Part shown: positions 22,127-33,157 of the stretch, piece after piece
Layout: each line of letters begins with the position of its first letter
Position numbering within the stretch: the stretch's first letter is position 1
Assembly (NCBI GenBank): GCA_034226945.1
Contig: CP120453.1
Location: forward strand, 1,054,001 to 1,118,000
Length of the DNA: 64,000 bases
DNA from: Picochlorum sp. SENEW3
Lineage: Eukaryota
Direction: 5' to 3'
Program-made: the position numbers and the translations under genes
Notes under the pieces: generated by a model
Seen by the model: only the letters and a program-made list of their open reading frames with translations
What the model was told of the DNA's origin: nothing
The model's database searches: none

Positions 22127-22470
22127 TCTAACCTTACGTGGTTGAGTTTGCTTTGCCAGAAGCAAAAGGGTTTGAGAAGAAATATCACAAAAGTGTTGGT
22201 TTGAAAATCGACTCACATCTTTTCGCGATCCGATAGAGAGAATCAGCTCTACTGCTGATGTACCATGTCATATTGTTGACACCATCAACCATGTGTAAGA
22301 CTTCCATGTGTTCTCAAATATGCACCAGTATGTTACATGAGTAATGTACATCATCATTATTGAATGCTGTCGTTCTTCGATGAAGAAAGAAGGACACAAA
22401 AATCCTTGTCATCATCAAACGAATTATTATTATCATCATTATTCATATCAGTACTACTATTGATGGATGC

Positions 22471-22839
22471 CTATTCTGCGAGTGGCGTTTGCTTTGTGAC
22501 AAATCCAGCGTGCAATTCTTTGTCTGCATACCCATGAGATCCAGCAGCCTCAGCAGCCTTTTCTGTGGCTCCTGCTCCACCTCCTGTCAGCAAATCATCC
22601 GCCCCGCGTGTCTCCTCGGCCGGTTCAACATCAAAATGCTCAAGTTCCACTGGTCGAGCCTCGTGCTTGGACACGTGCTCGTGTCCTTCAGCTGGAGGTA
22701 AGCCACTCTGTTTTGATATGAATCCTGCATGCAGATCCTTATCGGCGTATCCTTTGGATCCCGCGTGTGCTGCTGCTTCTTCCGTCAATCCTGCTTCGGA
22801 CCCGAGATTGGGTTCTACTCCTTTGATATCCTCTTGCAT
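22471..22839 (-). CDS. Small hydrophilic protein with internal repeat (LEA/stress-protein-like)
   Basis: 122-aa ORF with two copies of AAxxAGSxGYADKxLHAGFxxKQ. Confidence 0.65.
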   Translation of the reverse strand: MQEDIKGVEPNLGSEAGLTEEAAAHAGSKGYADKDLHAGFISKQSGLPPAEGHEHVSKHEARPVELEHFDVEPAEETRGADDLLTGGGAGATEKAAEAAGSHGYADKELHAGFVTKQTPLAE

Positions 22840-23179
22840 TTCTATATCGTTGATATCTATGATTTCTATTAGAGTTTATATAATCTTTGTATGATATAAA
22901 ACGTTGTAAATAATTTTTAATGACACCCTTGGACGGTCTCGGAGCTTTTATAGGGCCCTGTGATCGACATGTGCCACGTCATCATTGTTTGGCACACTGC
23001 CTCAGTCTTCTGCTCAGGTCATCATTGGAGTCCAGATACGCCATAATGTTACACATGTAAAGCAAGATATACGAGTCAAAACGTTCGTCAAATGATATAG
23101 GTACTCTACTCTGAATTAATATGGTATGGAGAAAATGGTCACGCCTTTATGCAAGGCCAAAGCTGTTGTCATCCTATCT

Positions 23180-25219
23180 TCAAGTACGCGCTACAAAGAA
23201 TTGGTAATCTGGGCAGATGTCTTCACCTTGAAGGTTAGACACTGCATTGTCATGGAAGGGCTGTATTCCAAGGCCCAGTGCCAAGCGTTTGGCACCCTCT
23301 GCAAGCTCTTCCAACTGAATGTCCCATGAGAGTGGGCCTCCTTTAGATATAGGATAGTCCTTCTTCACAACCACGTATCCAGAACTTACACTGACGACAC
23401 ATGCGTTTGTTGAACCTGGCAATGAGTCACCAGATGACAAGCGTGTCTGGTCAGATGCGTTGAGCTTGACCATGGTGTCTGTCCAATTCTCTGCTGGAAG
23501 TCTTCGCCTGTTTATTGAGTTTCCTGTGGATGTGTGCCAGCATAAGCCAACCGGTGGGAGTTCTAATTTTGATAATGAAGCGGTCGACGATATGGTAGTT
23601 GCTGCACAGCTGGCATGCTTTTCCTCATCCTCGTCCTCTTCCTCCACCCTTGAATGGGCCTGAGATGGTGGGCTTGAACTCCCATGCGACGCGGTCACAG
23701 AAGCAGTATCGCTACCTTCATCCGTTTTATCACCTCTCTTGGATGCTCCATTATTCAAATCCCCATGTGTTGTCGGCTCTGACGCATCTGAGCCAGGAAA
23801 TGAGGTCACCCCTTTTGGTGTTGTTGATGATGTGGTGGAGCCATCCTTTCTTCCCATCTCTGGCAGTCGGATATTTGCCTGAGAGTGAAGCGCACTTATT
23901 ATTTTCTGATCAGCCATTCCTTGCATCACTGCTTCCCACAAGGGAGCTATTGAATGGAATGTCAAGAACCTGGCTGTCAGTGGTGCCTCTGGTATCCTGT
24001 ACAGGGGATACCAGGCTACTGCAAACCAACTGTATGGATGCACATCGCCTATTTTCGAGGATGTCAGGACACGTTTCATGCCTTCATCTTCACACAGTTC
24101 CATAATTTGCTGATACAGTGGGAGTCTCTCTCCAACGTGATTTTTGGCCGACCAACTAAAACTTCGCTTCATGTGACTTGGCCAGGCATCCAAACCATCT
24201 CGAAATGAGAGGGCCATATCATCGCTTTCATGTGTTGGCTCAAAGATTTGCACACTTGATAAAAACGGAACGAAAAAGCACGTCGATGGTCCTCGTGGTC
24301 CTCCAAGTGTTGGGCACTTGATGCCATTTGCACTGATCCTCTCAAAATACTTCCAGACATCTAACAGTTTCAAATCTCTCAGAGAGTTGGGATCAGTGCT
24401 GATTCTAAACCGAGGAGTTGCTGCTCTTAGAAACCGTTCCAAGTCTGGTGCATCGTCCTTCTTATCCTCTATTGCTGGAAGGGCGCTACTTGTCCACAAT
24501 CTTCCCAAGGTAGACACTGGTGCAACTGTGCACTCGTTTGGGAGATGCTGACCATCTCCGTGACTGGCTTTCGGTTTAGGCAATGATGGACGACGTCTAT
24601 TCTCCTCACAATTCATCTGTGAAGCTCTGTACAAAACTTTAGGTTCACGATCACGCATCTCATGTCCCATGTCATACTTCACATGCCCATGCTGCTGGGC
24701 AAACATGTCCCATCCAAATGTTGGCACAAATGTCTGCGCCATATATAATGGAGCAGAATTGATTCTTGGCACATGTGATGCATCATAATTTCCGTGATAC
24801 CCCTCTGCATGGTGATATCCATAGGGATAGCCTCCAAACCCATTCACATCGTACTGCACAGCTGTGAAATGATCAGAGCTTCTGGATCGTTGCGTATTAT
24901 TACTGCTTCTCCGATTCCCATGTTTCTTCCGAGAATGATTTTTATTTCCTTTTGATCCGTGCTTTTGTTGCTGCTGATTACGGCTCTGTTCCCTCTGAAC
25001 AGCAGTTTTCACGTCTTCAACTGCCTCGGAGCCTCCAGGCCCTCCAATGCCTGTCTTTACCATGAAATCTACAGAGCAAATCACGCACGAGCTCTCCACC
25101 AGCCCCACTGGAAAAAATCGTTGGCACACGTGTTGTCCTGTATCAGTGTGTACAATTCCTTTCAACTTGCTTGCTGCGAGTGTCTTGCAAAACACAACAG
25201 TCTGCATATCAATGTACAA
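23180..25219 (-). CDS. Plant DUF789 family protein
   Basis: LERFLRAATP, FFVPFLSSVQIF, PLYQQIMEL, HPYSWFAVAWYPLYRIP, FLTFH. True start probably near MVKTG. Confidence 0.85.
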   Translation of the reverse strand: MYIDMQTVVFCKTLAASKLKGIVHTDTGQHVCQRFFPVGLVESSCVICSVDFMVKTGIGGPGGSEAVEDVKTAVQREQSRNQQQQKHGSKGNKNHSRKKHGNRRSSNNTQRSRSSDHFTAVQYDVNGFGGYPYGYHHAEGYHGNYDASHVPRINSAPLYMAQTFVPTFGWDMFAQQHGHVKYDMGHEMRDREPKVLYRASQMNCEENRRRPSLPKPKASHGDGQHLPNECTVAPVSTLGRLWTSSALPAIEDKKDDAPDLERFLRAATPRFRISTDPNSLRDLKLLDVWKYFERISANGIKCPTLGGPRGPSTCFFVPFLSSVQIFEPTHESDDMALSFRDGLDAWPSHMKRSFSWSAKNHVGERLPLYQQIMELCEDEGMKRVLTSSKIGDVHPYSWFAVAWYPLYRIPEAPLTARFLTFHSIAPLWEAVMQGMADQKIISALHSQANIRLPEMGRKDGSTTSSTTPKGVTSFPGSDASEPTTHGDLNNGASKRGDKTDEGSDTASVTASHGSSSPPSQAHSRVEEEDEDEEKHASCAATTISSTASLSKLELPPVGLCWHTSTGNSINRRRLPAENWTDTMVKLNASDQTRLSSGDSLPGSTNACVVSVSSGYVVVKKDYPISKGGPLSWDIQLEELAEGAKRLALGLGIQPFHDNAVSNLQGEDICPDYQFFVART

Positions 25220-26210
25220 CAGCCATGAGCAACATCTAGACTATACCACTCGAAAAGTATTCTATCGTAAATTCAATGCATGACAATGTGCCATATACCA
25301 CGGACGTGCCGTGATATGCACACCAACTACCCCTCCCGACCACCTTCCCATCCTCCTTCCCATTCTCAAGGAGGAGCCTTCACAACAGCAGCGCAACGTT
25401 GGACATTCCAAGGGCGCAGACGCTGACTGGAAAAAATGTACAGAGATGGCCACGCAATCTCATCTAAAATCCATCAGATGATTTTGTACGCGCACTGTCT
25501 ATACCATTTCAGACTTATCAGCCCTGACGCAGCAGGGAGTTCCCTGCGCGCCTCGCAGATTTTGGACTGCCATCCAGTTGGTCAAAGGCTCCCGCAATTG
25601 CCAGTCTTACCCCCATTATACCCCCAATTCAGACATATATACTTTAATTATTTCCGTATATGACGCATGCTCTCCCGCCCATACCCTTTCAGCACTGCCA
25701 GCAACAACGATTCCTCTAGAAAACCTTCACACTCGATTTCTAGACAAGTGGCGCACACAGGAGTCCCAAATATTTCATCACATATATTTAATAATGCTAA
25801 TAAAGCCACGGATAGGCGGAAAGGATTCTCAGTTGAAGACACCCGACCGCCTTCAGATTCACGGTGGAAACAAACCGTTTCCACCCCGTCCATCACACCA
25901 TTCCCGTCCTACCTACCTTGATAATTCAATCGATATCTCAATATTATGACAATTCATAACAGTTTTGTGTACTCGGTCAGTCAAGCAAGCACGAATGATA
26001 CATCTCCTCGGACCGTGCTTGCTCGTCGGGGCCTCTGATCCCGTCCGCGTCCGTTTCATCCGGTCCGAGGATCTTGTCGATCGTGGAGAGTGGATACCTT
26101 GTCTCATCCGAAAGAATCATGCTACATGGGGTGCTTCATTCGTCATGACTCGTGTATTAAGATCTGTGTATAGTATATAATACGAATGAACTGTTGCAAA
26201 GTCGCATGCT

Positions 26211-27797
26211 TTATTCATGAAATACTGGAGACGTCTCTGGAGAGAACACATGCCAAGAGTTGCCAATGAGTCTGCCTACTGTGAGTATTTTGATGGCTGC
26301 CCAGATGGATACGACGGACACCGTGAAGTGAGGTATGCGGCTCTGTACCAGTAAGGCAAGGACACACATCAAGCTGGTGAAGATCATGGTTCTGCTGAGA
26401 GCTCCAGTCTGTTGAGATCCTAGTAATACACCATCCAAAACTGATGCGAGTCCATCAAAAGGCATGAAGATGGCAATCAGTGGGATGCATGCTGTCACAA
26501 GGGCCATGACGGATGGATCCGATGTGAACACGGTGGGCAGTGTCTCTTTATAGAACAACAATGCTGCCATGACCACGATACCTGCACATGCAGTCAAGGC
26601 TGACGTCCTCAGGAACACCTGAGCTGCAGAATTTCTATCTCCATGCCCAATATAAAAGGCTACAAGGCTTTGTGTTGCGACATCAAGGGATGTGAATGTT
26701 TGGTTCGACACGACCCAGATATTTCTGATGCATTCGTGGGCTGCCAATGCTGCTGCTCCCAGTCCTGCCATGCTTTGCGTAGCAAACATAACCGTACTCA
26801 TCGCTAATATACTTCTCGTTGATAGTAATATACCGTTTCGAAGCATGGGTGCCACATCCAAGAAGGAGGGAAATTGCTTCATATCCTCAAGCTTGAGATA
26901 TTCATGTTTGAACACAATGCTTGAACCCAAAATAGCCCAATTCAGCCATAATGATATGGCTGTTGCCACCGCTGCTCCCAAGGCCCCCATATTCAAACCA
27001 AATATGCAAATATAATCTAATATAATGTGAGCAACGTTGCTCCATGTGCTCGAGATGAGAGTCGCCTGTGTGTCTTTGAACCCTCGAAACACACCACTCA
27101 TGACATACGTCATCATAATCGCTGGCGTTGCCAGGCAACGAATTCTAAAAAAGTTGACCGCATGTCCCATGACTTCTGGAGTAGCTCCAAGTATGGTGAA
27201 AAAGACAGGACATCCAAAGAATAGGACGGTGCTTGTGATTACTCCAATAGCAATTGCAAGCCACAATCCGTGTGCTGTAATCTTGGACACCTGGTCCATA
27301 TCATTCCTAGACGCTGCTGCTGCTATCCGCGGCGTAGTCGTGTATAATAAAAAGTTAAATATGAAGGTGGAAAAGTTGGAGAGCACCGTGCTACATGACA
27401 CTGCTGCAAGCTGCACAGTCCCAACCCTCCCAATGATTGATGCATCAATTAAACCCATGAGAGGATCCAAGAGGGTCGTCAACAATGCAGGAAGGGCAAG
27501 GCTGAATATTTCTGCATCCCATGGACTCCTTAGAGAGAGAAATTGTCGCCTAAACTGGCCAGCACCATCAGGCTGAAGAACTGCACCCTGACCCAACGAC
27601 ACTCGAATCTTTCCCTTCATGTGCCGAGGTTCTCCCTCGTCATCCTTCATCTGATTTTGAATTCGAAACCCATGCTGCAAGGATGCAGCATGTCGAGGCG
27701 GTGTCCTGAACCAACCACTTGTCGTTGGTAGCCTCGGTTGCTGGAAAGCAACTGTGCCTCGATATCCGGGCCTGTTCAACCGATTCATAGAATTCAT
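26211..27797 (-). CDS. MATE family transporter (DinF-like, probably plastid)
   Basis: EIFSLALPALLTTLLDPLMGLIDASIIGR, GVFRGFKDT, LAAHE; about 12 TM segments. Confidence 0.92.
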   Translation of the reverse strand: MNSMNRLNRPGYRGTVAFQQPRLPTTSGWFRTPPRHAASLQHGFRIQNQMKDDEGEPRHMKGKIRVSLGQGAVLQPDGAGQFRRQFLSLRSPWDAEIFSLALPALLTTLLDPLMGLIDASIIGRVGTVQLAAVSCSTVLSNFSTFIFNFLLYTTTPRIAAAASRNDMDQVSKITAHGLWLAIAIGVITSTVLFFGCPVFFTILGATPEVMGHAVNFFRIRCLATPAIMMTYVMSGVFRGFKDTQATLISSTWSNVAHIILDYICIFGLNMGALGAAVATAISLWLNWAILGSSIVFKHEYLKLEDMKQFPSFLDVAPMLRNGILLSTRSILAMSTVMFATQSMAGLGAAALAAHECIRNIWVVSNQTFTSLDVATQSLVAFYIGHGDRNSAAQVFLRTSALTACAGIVVMAALLFYKETLPTVFTSDPSVMALVTACIPLIAIFMPFDGLASVLDGVLLGSQQTGALSRTMIFTSLMCVLALLVQSRIPHFTVSVVSIWAAIKILTVGRLIGNSWHVFSPETSPVFHE

Positions 27798-28206
27798 GAC
27801 AATATATGAATTAAATTAATGGCAGAAAACCCTCTCTCACCGCCTGTAGGTGTCCTTGTTGAAGGTCGTGTTTGAACGAATCCTCCAGGCAGATGAACAA
27901 CAACGATAACGACGACAACAATATCCAGAGATACTGGCACCTGCTCTACCCGAAGACTGCCGATGGTTCCATTGTATAGAATAGATGACTGTTGCTGTCT
28001 ATCGATGTCAGTTGTATGACTACTACAAGGTTACAGGGTGCACGTGTTCGGGTGCTTTGATTTCCTAGAGTCCCATCGAGGTCGACCTTGGATGGGGTAC
28101 CATGTTGTTGTGGATTCCTCACGAAGAATCTCACCCATCAGGAGGAGAAACACGCAAGATGATGGCGATGCTCAGGGTTTGATCCATGTAATCTTTGAAT
28201 AACATC

Positions 28207-29082
28207 ATGAAGGTACATCTTGCAATTTGGTTGCTTGGGTTGGCGATCGCCATCAGCAGATGTGCAGGTAGCCCTGGAAAGAAAGAGCCCAGAATCATTT
28301 TCGGCGAGCAAGCGAAAAAGGGGGCATATCCCGGCTTCACAGTGATATCAATAGTAGGATATCGAACATGTGGTGGCGTATTGATCAGCAAGAATGTGGT
28401 CCTGACGGCTGCGCACTGCTTGGAGATTGATGGATTTGATTTTGCAGAAGTGAGCAACGATTTGGGTCTCTTACAGGTCGGCAGGGGTAACATACGGCTG
28501 CAAGCATACACGGGAGCGTTTATTTCCTCGGATGAGACGTCAGCCGTGAAGAAAATAGTGGTTCATCCGAAATACAAGTTTGTCTCGATGACTGAGGTGG
28601 AGAATGATATCGCCATGTTGATTTTGGAAAAAGATTTCTCAAAACCATTTGCACGAGTTGCGAACAAGGCACCAGCTGCTGGTGCTAAAAGTATTGCTGT
28701 AGGATTTGGTCTGAACAATGATTATTCATGGCCAGGTCCGGACGGCTCGACAGAAATTGGAGCCCCAAAGAGACTCTACCAAGTTGGCTTGACAATTGGA
28801 AAGATTGGAAAGAATCCATGCCCTTCGGAATACGATGGAGCCGCGATCAATTCATCAACCAGCTTGTGTGCATATGGAAAAGCCGTCAAGGGTGGATTTC
28901 CGAGCATTTGCTGGGGTGATAGTGGAGGGCCATTATACAATTCACAGACCAATGATGTGATTGGTCTGACATCATGGGAACCTGATGCATGCACAGATTT
29001 GGCCACGCCGTTTAACATTTTCACATCAGCACCATACTATAAGAAGAGTTTCATCGATCGTATCGTAAAAAAGTATGCTTGA
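28207..29082 (+). CDS. Secreted trypsin-like (S1) serine protease
   Basis: Signal peptide, activation site R|IIFG, LTAAHC, NDIA, GDSGGP. Confidence 0.93.
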   Translation: MKVHLAIWLLGLAIAISRCAGSPGKKEPRIIFGEQAKKGAYPGFTVISIVGYRTCGGVLISKNVVLTAAHCLEIDGFDFAEVSNDLGLLQVGRGNIRLQAYTGAFISSDETSAVKKIVVHPKYKFVSMTEVENDIAMLILEKDFSKPFARVANKAPAAGAKSIAVGFGLNNDYSWPGPDGSTEIGAPKRLYQVGLTIGKIGKNPCPSEYDGAAINSSTSLCAYGKAVKGGFPSICWGDSGGPLYNSQTNDVIGLTSWEPDACTDLATPFNIFTSAPYYKKSFIDRIVKKYA

Positions 29083-29474
29083 TGGAACCTTGAGTACACA
29101 TGCAGCATACTGATGCTCAGTATATGCACAAACTCTGTTTCAAAATACCCCCTGTGTTGTATCTTAGGGGAACACATTCGACAATCCCCTCTTCTGTAAA
29201 AGATCTGATTACAAGAAGATGCTTGAATGCGATAATAATAATAATGATGATGATGGTGATGATTGCAGTATGGCGGCATTATTCCTTTTTGGTACACACA
29301 CAACACACAGTAATTGCCAATTTATTGGTCGTGCAACTCTCTGTAGCGCTCGAGTTTTATATTTATCTACATATCAAATGAAGGAATGGCATGGCTTCAT
29401 TGTGTGTATACAGTGTTGCCCAAGGTCGAAGCCAGGCAGGAAGCCAGCCTGCCTCTTCCCCAAGCGGCATACGC

Positions 29475-29831
29475 CTACTTTTTCACGTAGCCGCTGTAGT
29501 GCTTGCATCCTTTGCAGCTATTCTTGTTGAATCTTTTCCATCTCGCTGATCTTTCGAACAACTTGCAAACCTCAGTCTCCCCGTTGTCCACGTAGTCCCA
29601 CTTTCTGCAACCACATGTCTTCTTACAGTACCAGCAGCAGGATGAATCTCCATTCTTACCGGTGATATCAATCTCCTCTAGCATTCTTCTGGACCCATAG
29701 TACTGTTTGGTACGACTTCTAGAACATTTGGCCAATAATGTGCGTCCTGTGCCAGACGTGCCAGCGACCGCCCCTGGGATCCAGGACACGGTGGAGAGAA
29801 GAAAGACGACCAACAGACAAAAGCGCAGCAT
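29475..29831 (-). CDS. Small secreted PAN/Apple-like Cys-rich basic protein
   Basis: Signal MLRFCLLVVFLLS..., propeptide-like GRTLL, CCWYCKKTCGCRKW...C pattern. Confidence 0.65.
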   Translation of the reverse strand: MLRFCLLVVFLLSTVSWIPGAVAGTSGTGRTLLAKCSRSRTKQYYGSRRMLEEIDITGKNGDSSCCWYCKKTCGCRKWDYVDNGETEVCKLFERSARWKRFNKNSCKGCKHYSGYVKK

Positions 29832-30368
29832 TTCCGTTAATTCTAGTTCCCAAAGATGTATCCTTTTCCAAAGCAATATAAAATGTGATTTAAAAAGTGG
29901 CTTGAAGCGACAGAAGAGGAGTTGATGTAGCTGTACCCGTGTTCGGCTTCCTGGTCGCGTCGGGGCGAGATTGATCCTGCCCCCAGGATGACGGTCACAA
30001 GGGGGAAGCGGTCTTTGCTCGGATTTGTTCGCTTGTTTTGGCATTGATCAACAGGCACTTCCTCATATATACTAGTCATTAGATGCTGCCATTGAACCCC
30101 GGAGATACGAGTGTAAAGGATACCTGAGGATACCTACTGGAAAGCCGCTTGCTACCCGCTGCCAACAGGCCCAGGTCTCTAGAGATCTGTAGAGATCTGT
30201 CACCGGCATGATGACCACTCTCGAGCCGGTTGCATGTTTGTCTTTCAGGCAAACCATGTCCCCAATTCCCTGCAATACATATCCATTGTGGACAAAAAAC
30301 ATGATGCTGAATAGGACGTGAGGAATCGTATTTGTTTTTTGAAAACGTAGGATATTGGTGGTTGGACC

Positions 30369-32972
30369 ATGCGCACGGTTTGCAGTTTTGAAAGACTGCA
30401 TGCGCTTGGGCATACTCATTCCAACATGGGGTTTTATCGGAAATTTATACACGGTTGCTGCCATAGAAATGGCCTGAGGACGGCTGTGCGTTCGACTTCT
30501 GAGGCTGGGAAAGACCAGTTGGATTTTTCAAATGTTTTGAGTTTCATGTCCTCTGAAGGTATCCAAGGAACCTCATACGATGATACTAGGATTGAAAATG
30601 ACATTATTATGGATATCAAATGCATTGTTTTCGTCAATCGGTGTGCACAGGAGACGATTGTTGTAATTCTACATGAGAAGGACAAGGTGAACCTGAGAAA
30701 GTTGGCAGATCAGTTGCAAGTAAACAGGGATTGCCTATCGATGGCTCCTCGCAATGATTTGGTAAGGCTGGTTGGGTATCCTCAGGGATATGTTCCACCA
30801 TTCGGGCACCTGGATGGTGTGCGCCGTATAGTGGATGAGAGGTTGGTCGCCTCATCAGAGGCGCTGGTGAGGTTTGGCGAGGATGGGAGACGCGTTCTTC
30901 TGCGTCCTGATGATTTGGTGATTGAATCGAGCTCTTTAAATCGAGCATATGTGATGGATGTGAGAGAATATGGGGTACTCAAGGCGGCAAATGATGCCTC
31001 TCTACTGCACCCTCTGCCTTGGTCTGGTGGTGATGAAAACACTCTGGTTGACCTGACTGTTTCGGTTGTGAGAAAACGAAAACTGGCAAAGAGGCTATTG
31101 TTTGCTACTGTAGTCCCTGCAGAGAATAATGATAGCACTTCCACTGCGTTCCGGTTCTGGAGAGGTGGTAGAAAAAGCCTTGTGTGGCAGCACCCTGAGT
31201 TGGCTGTGCCATGTGAGCTTCAATGCATCTTTGGCAAGACATTAGAGAAACGATATGGTACGGCTGTGATGGAGAAAATTCTCAAGAAAATCGTGAAGGG
31301 GGGTTGTGTTCGTGTGGTGGGGCAGCCAAAGAAGAATGTGAAGAATAGCAATGAAACTGTCATAGATCTGGTGATTCATGATGTCAGTTTTGTGTCCCAG
31401 CATGGGCGTCTAGGGAGCAAGTCAGCGCCCACTGCAGTTCAGCCTTTCGTTCCTGTGGGAGAACAGACTCCAGCCCCGATTCCTGCATGGGTTGAGAAGA
31501 AGAGGATGAGGAGGAAGAATCAGCGTGACCCAAACATGCCACTATATGTAAGTTCTGTGACCAATGTCTACATGGTCACCACTGCTGATGATGTAAAAAT
31601 GATGGCAGATACACTTGGATACTATACATGGAAAGAGGGTGGTGGGGTGATTCCTGACAATTTGGAGGAGGGGAAAATGTTCACCTCATGGTATATGAAG
31701 GCATCAAAGGATATGTACCCACCTGTGGGATGGAAACCGCATGCGGTAGTTGCGTTGGATGCAGAATGGCGACCTTCTTCAAAAGAATCTGCTTCTCCAG
31801 TAAGTCTGTTGCAAATAGGAACCCAGGATGAGGGAGTCTTCTTTCTAGTCGATTTGCTTCGTATCTGTCACCTGGACAGACAACAGGACAACAGATTAAC
31901 AGAGGCGCAGATGCTGCTTAGTGATTTTTTCGAGTACATGTTTGGGAATCATAGGATAGTGAAACTTGGTTTCGGGCTGCGATACGATATCAAGCGGATG
32001 GCAGAATCGTACCCATGGATGCCCTGTTTTCAAAAGCAAGGCAAGTGTATCAGGCCCATTTTGTCTCATGTGGACGTCCTGATTCTTGCGCGCCTCTCGA
32101 CCTTTGCACACAGTAATATTGGATTTAAAAAAATTGGGTTGAGTTCATTATGCTCCAAAATTCTGCACAAGTATTTGGAAAAGGAGGAGCAATTGAGTGA
32201 CTGGGGCCAAAGGCCTCTGACAGATAGTCAAAAGGAGTATGCTGTAGCTGATGTTGCTTGCGTTGTGGACATCTATCAAGCCATTATAAATGAATCACCA
32301 GACGTACTGAATAGGAACAACATGGTGCAATGCGCGGCGAATTTGTTTGATTTGGCCGGAACTAGCAGCCACAGAGTCAGGAATACAGGCAGCAATGATG
32401 GGGTATCTTTGTCCCCCGAGGCAGCATATCGCAAACAGGCACCCAAAAAATTGCCTCTTATTGAAGCTGAATGTCGCTTCGATGATGCGCGACAGCAGTG
32501 CTTGGGTCAGCATGTGCCTGGAGGAGGCAAGATGGGCTGTGTACAGATTTGTCTAGGGCCTGAAGAAATTAAATCATACAGAGTCCCACGAGGCGGGGCA
32601 ATGTTGGAGATGTCCAACGCGTTCTTGCTTTTTATAAACGTACCATCGAGAGTGTATCCGAATACATTCGAAATCGGTGAGACTTGCAGGATGAGCTGGT
32701 GGAGCAGCCCAGGACAAACAGAAAAACATCCTCAGATTGAACGGCTACTGAGTGGTACAAAACGCATCATGCTCTTTTGCAGAAAAGAAAAGGAGCATTA
32801 TGTCAACTTGGGTGAATTGAAAGTCGATGCTGTAGAAGAAATGGAGTCGCCGCAAATAAAGGTACTCTTCAGTCTCGAGGACTGCAACAATAATAATATT
32901 GTTTCAACACAGGTTCATGACTACATCCGTGCCGGTGCACCATCGAATGCATCGTCGTCGATAGAATCATGA
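30369..32972 (+). CDS. Multidomain protein: YbaK/ProXp-like + OB-fold + DEDDy 3'-5' exonuclease + DUF3427-like C-terminus
   Basis: GYPQGYVPPFGH (YbaK); VALDAEWRP, LLQIG, QLSDWGQRPLTDSQKEYAVAD (EXD3/Mut-7-type exonuclease). Confidence 0.8.
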   Translation: MRTVCSFERLHALGHTHSNMGFYRKFIHGCCHRNGLRTAVRSTSEAGKDQLDFSNVLSFMSSEGIQGTSYDDTRIENDIIMDIKCIVFVNRCAQETIVVILHEKDKVNLRKLADQLQVNRDCLSMAPRNDLVRLVGYPQGYVPPFGHLDGVRRIVDERLVASSEALVRFGEDGRRVLLRPDDLVIESSSLNRAYVMDVREYGVLKAANDASLLHPLPWSGGDENTLVDLTVSVVRKRKLAKRLLFATVVPAENNDSTSTAFRFWRGGRKSLVWQHPELAVPCELQCIFGKTLEKRYGTAVMEKILKKIVKGGCVRVVGQPKKNVKNSNETVIDLVIHDVSFVSQHGRLGSKSAPTAVQPFVPVGEQTPAPIPAWVEKKRMRRKNQRDPNMPLYVSSVTNVYMVTTADDVKMMADTLGYYTWKEGGGVIPDNLEEGKMFTSWYMKASKDMYPPVGWKPHAVVALDAEWRPSSKESASPVSLLQIGTQDEGVFFLVDLLRICHLDRQQDNRLTEAQMLLSDFFEYMFGNHRIVKLGFGLRYDIKRMAESYPWMPCFQKQGKCIRPILSHVDVLILARLSTFAHSNIGFKKIGLSSLCSKILHKYLEKEEQLSDWGQRPLTDSQKEYAVADVACVVDIYQAIINESPDVLNRNNMVQCAANLFDLAGTSSHRVRNTGSNDGVSLSPEAAYRKQAPKKLPLIEAECRFDDARQQCLGQHVPGGGKMGCVQICLGPEEIKSYRVPRGGAMLEMSNAFLLFINVPSRVYPNTFEIGETCRMSWWSSPGQTEKHPQIERLLSGTKRIMLFCRKEKEHYVNLGELKVDAVEEMESPQIKVLFSLEDCNNNNIVSTQVHDYIRAGAPSNASSSIES

Positions 32973-33157
32973 GTTCCACACTAGATTCAACGCATGAGCG
33001 TGGCATCTTTGCAAAGATCGGAGTATACTCTCCTTGAAATGAAACCTGCCGGTCTCTCAAGCAAAGGGAGGAAATCTGCCCCTTGGAATCAGGTAGGGTT
33101 CTTCATGGGCCGACTGTCTAATCTGTGTCTTATTCATTACTATTTTTTGAAATTGAT

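Noticed and set aside
25440..26180. ORFs and a small hairpin in the DUF789-MATE gap as a transposon remnant
   Set aside because: No TIRs or TSD found; a minus-strand donor near 25916 suggests an ordinary 5'-UTR intron.
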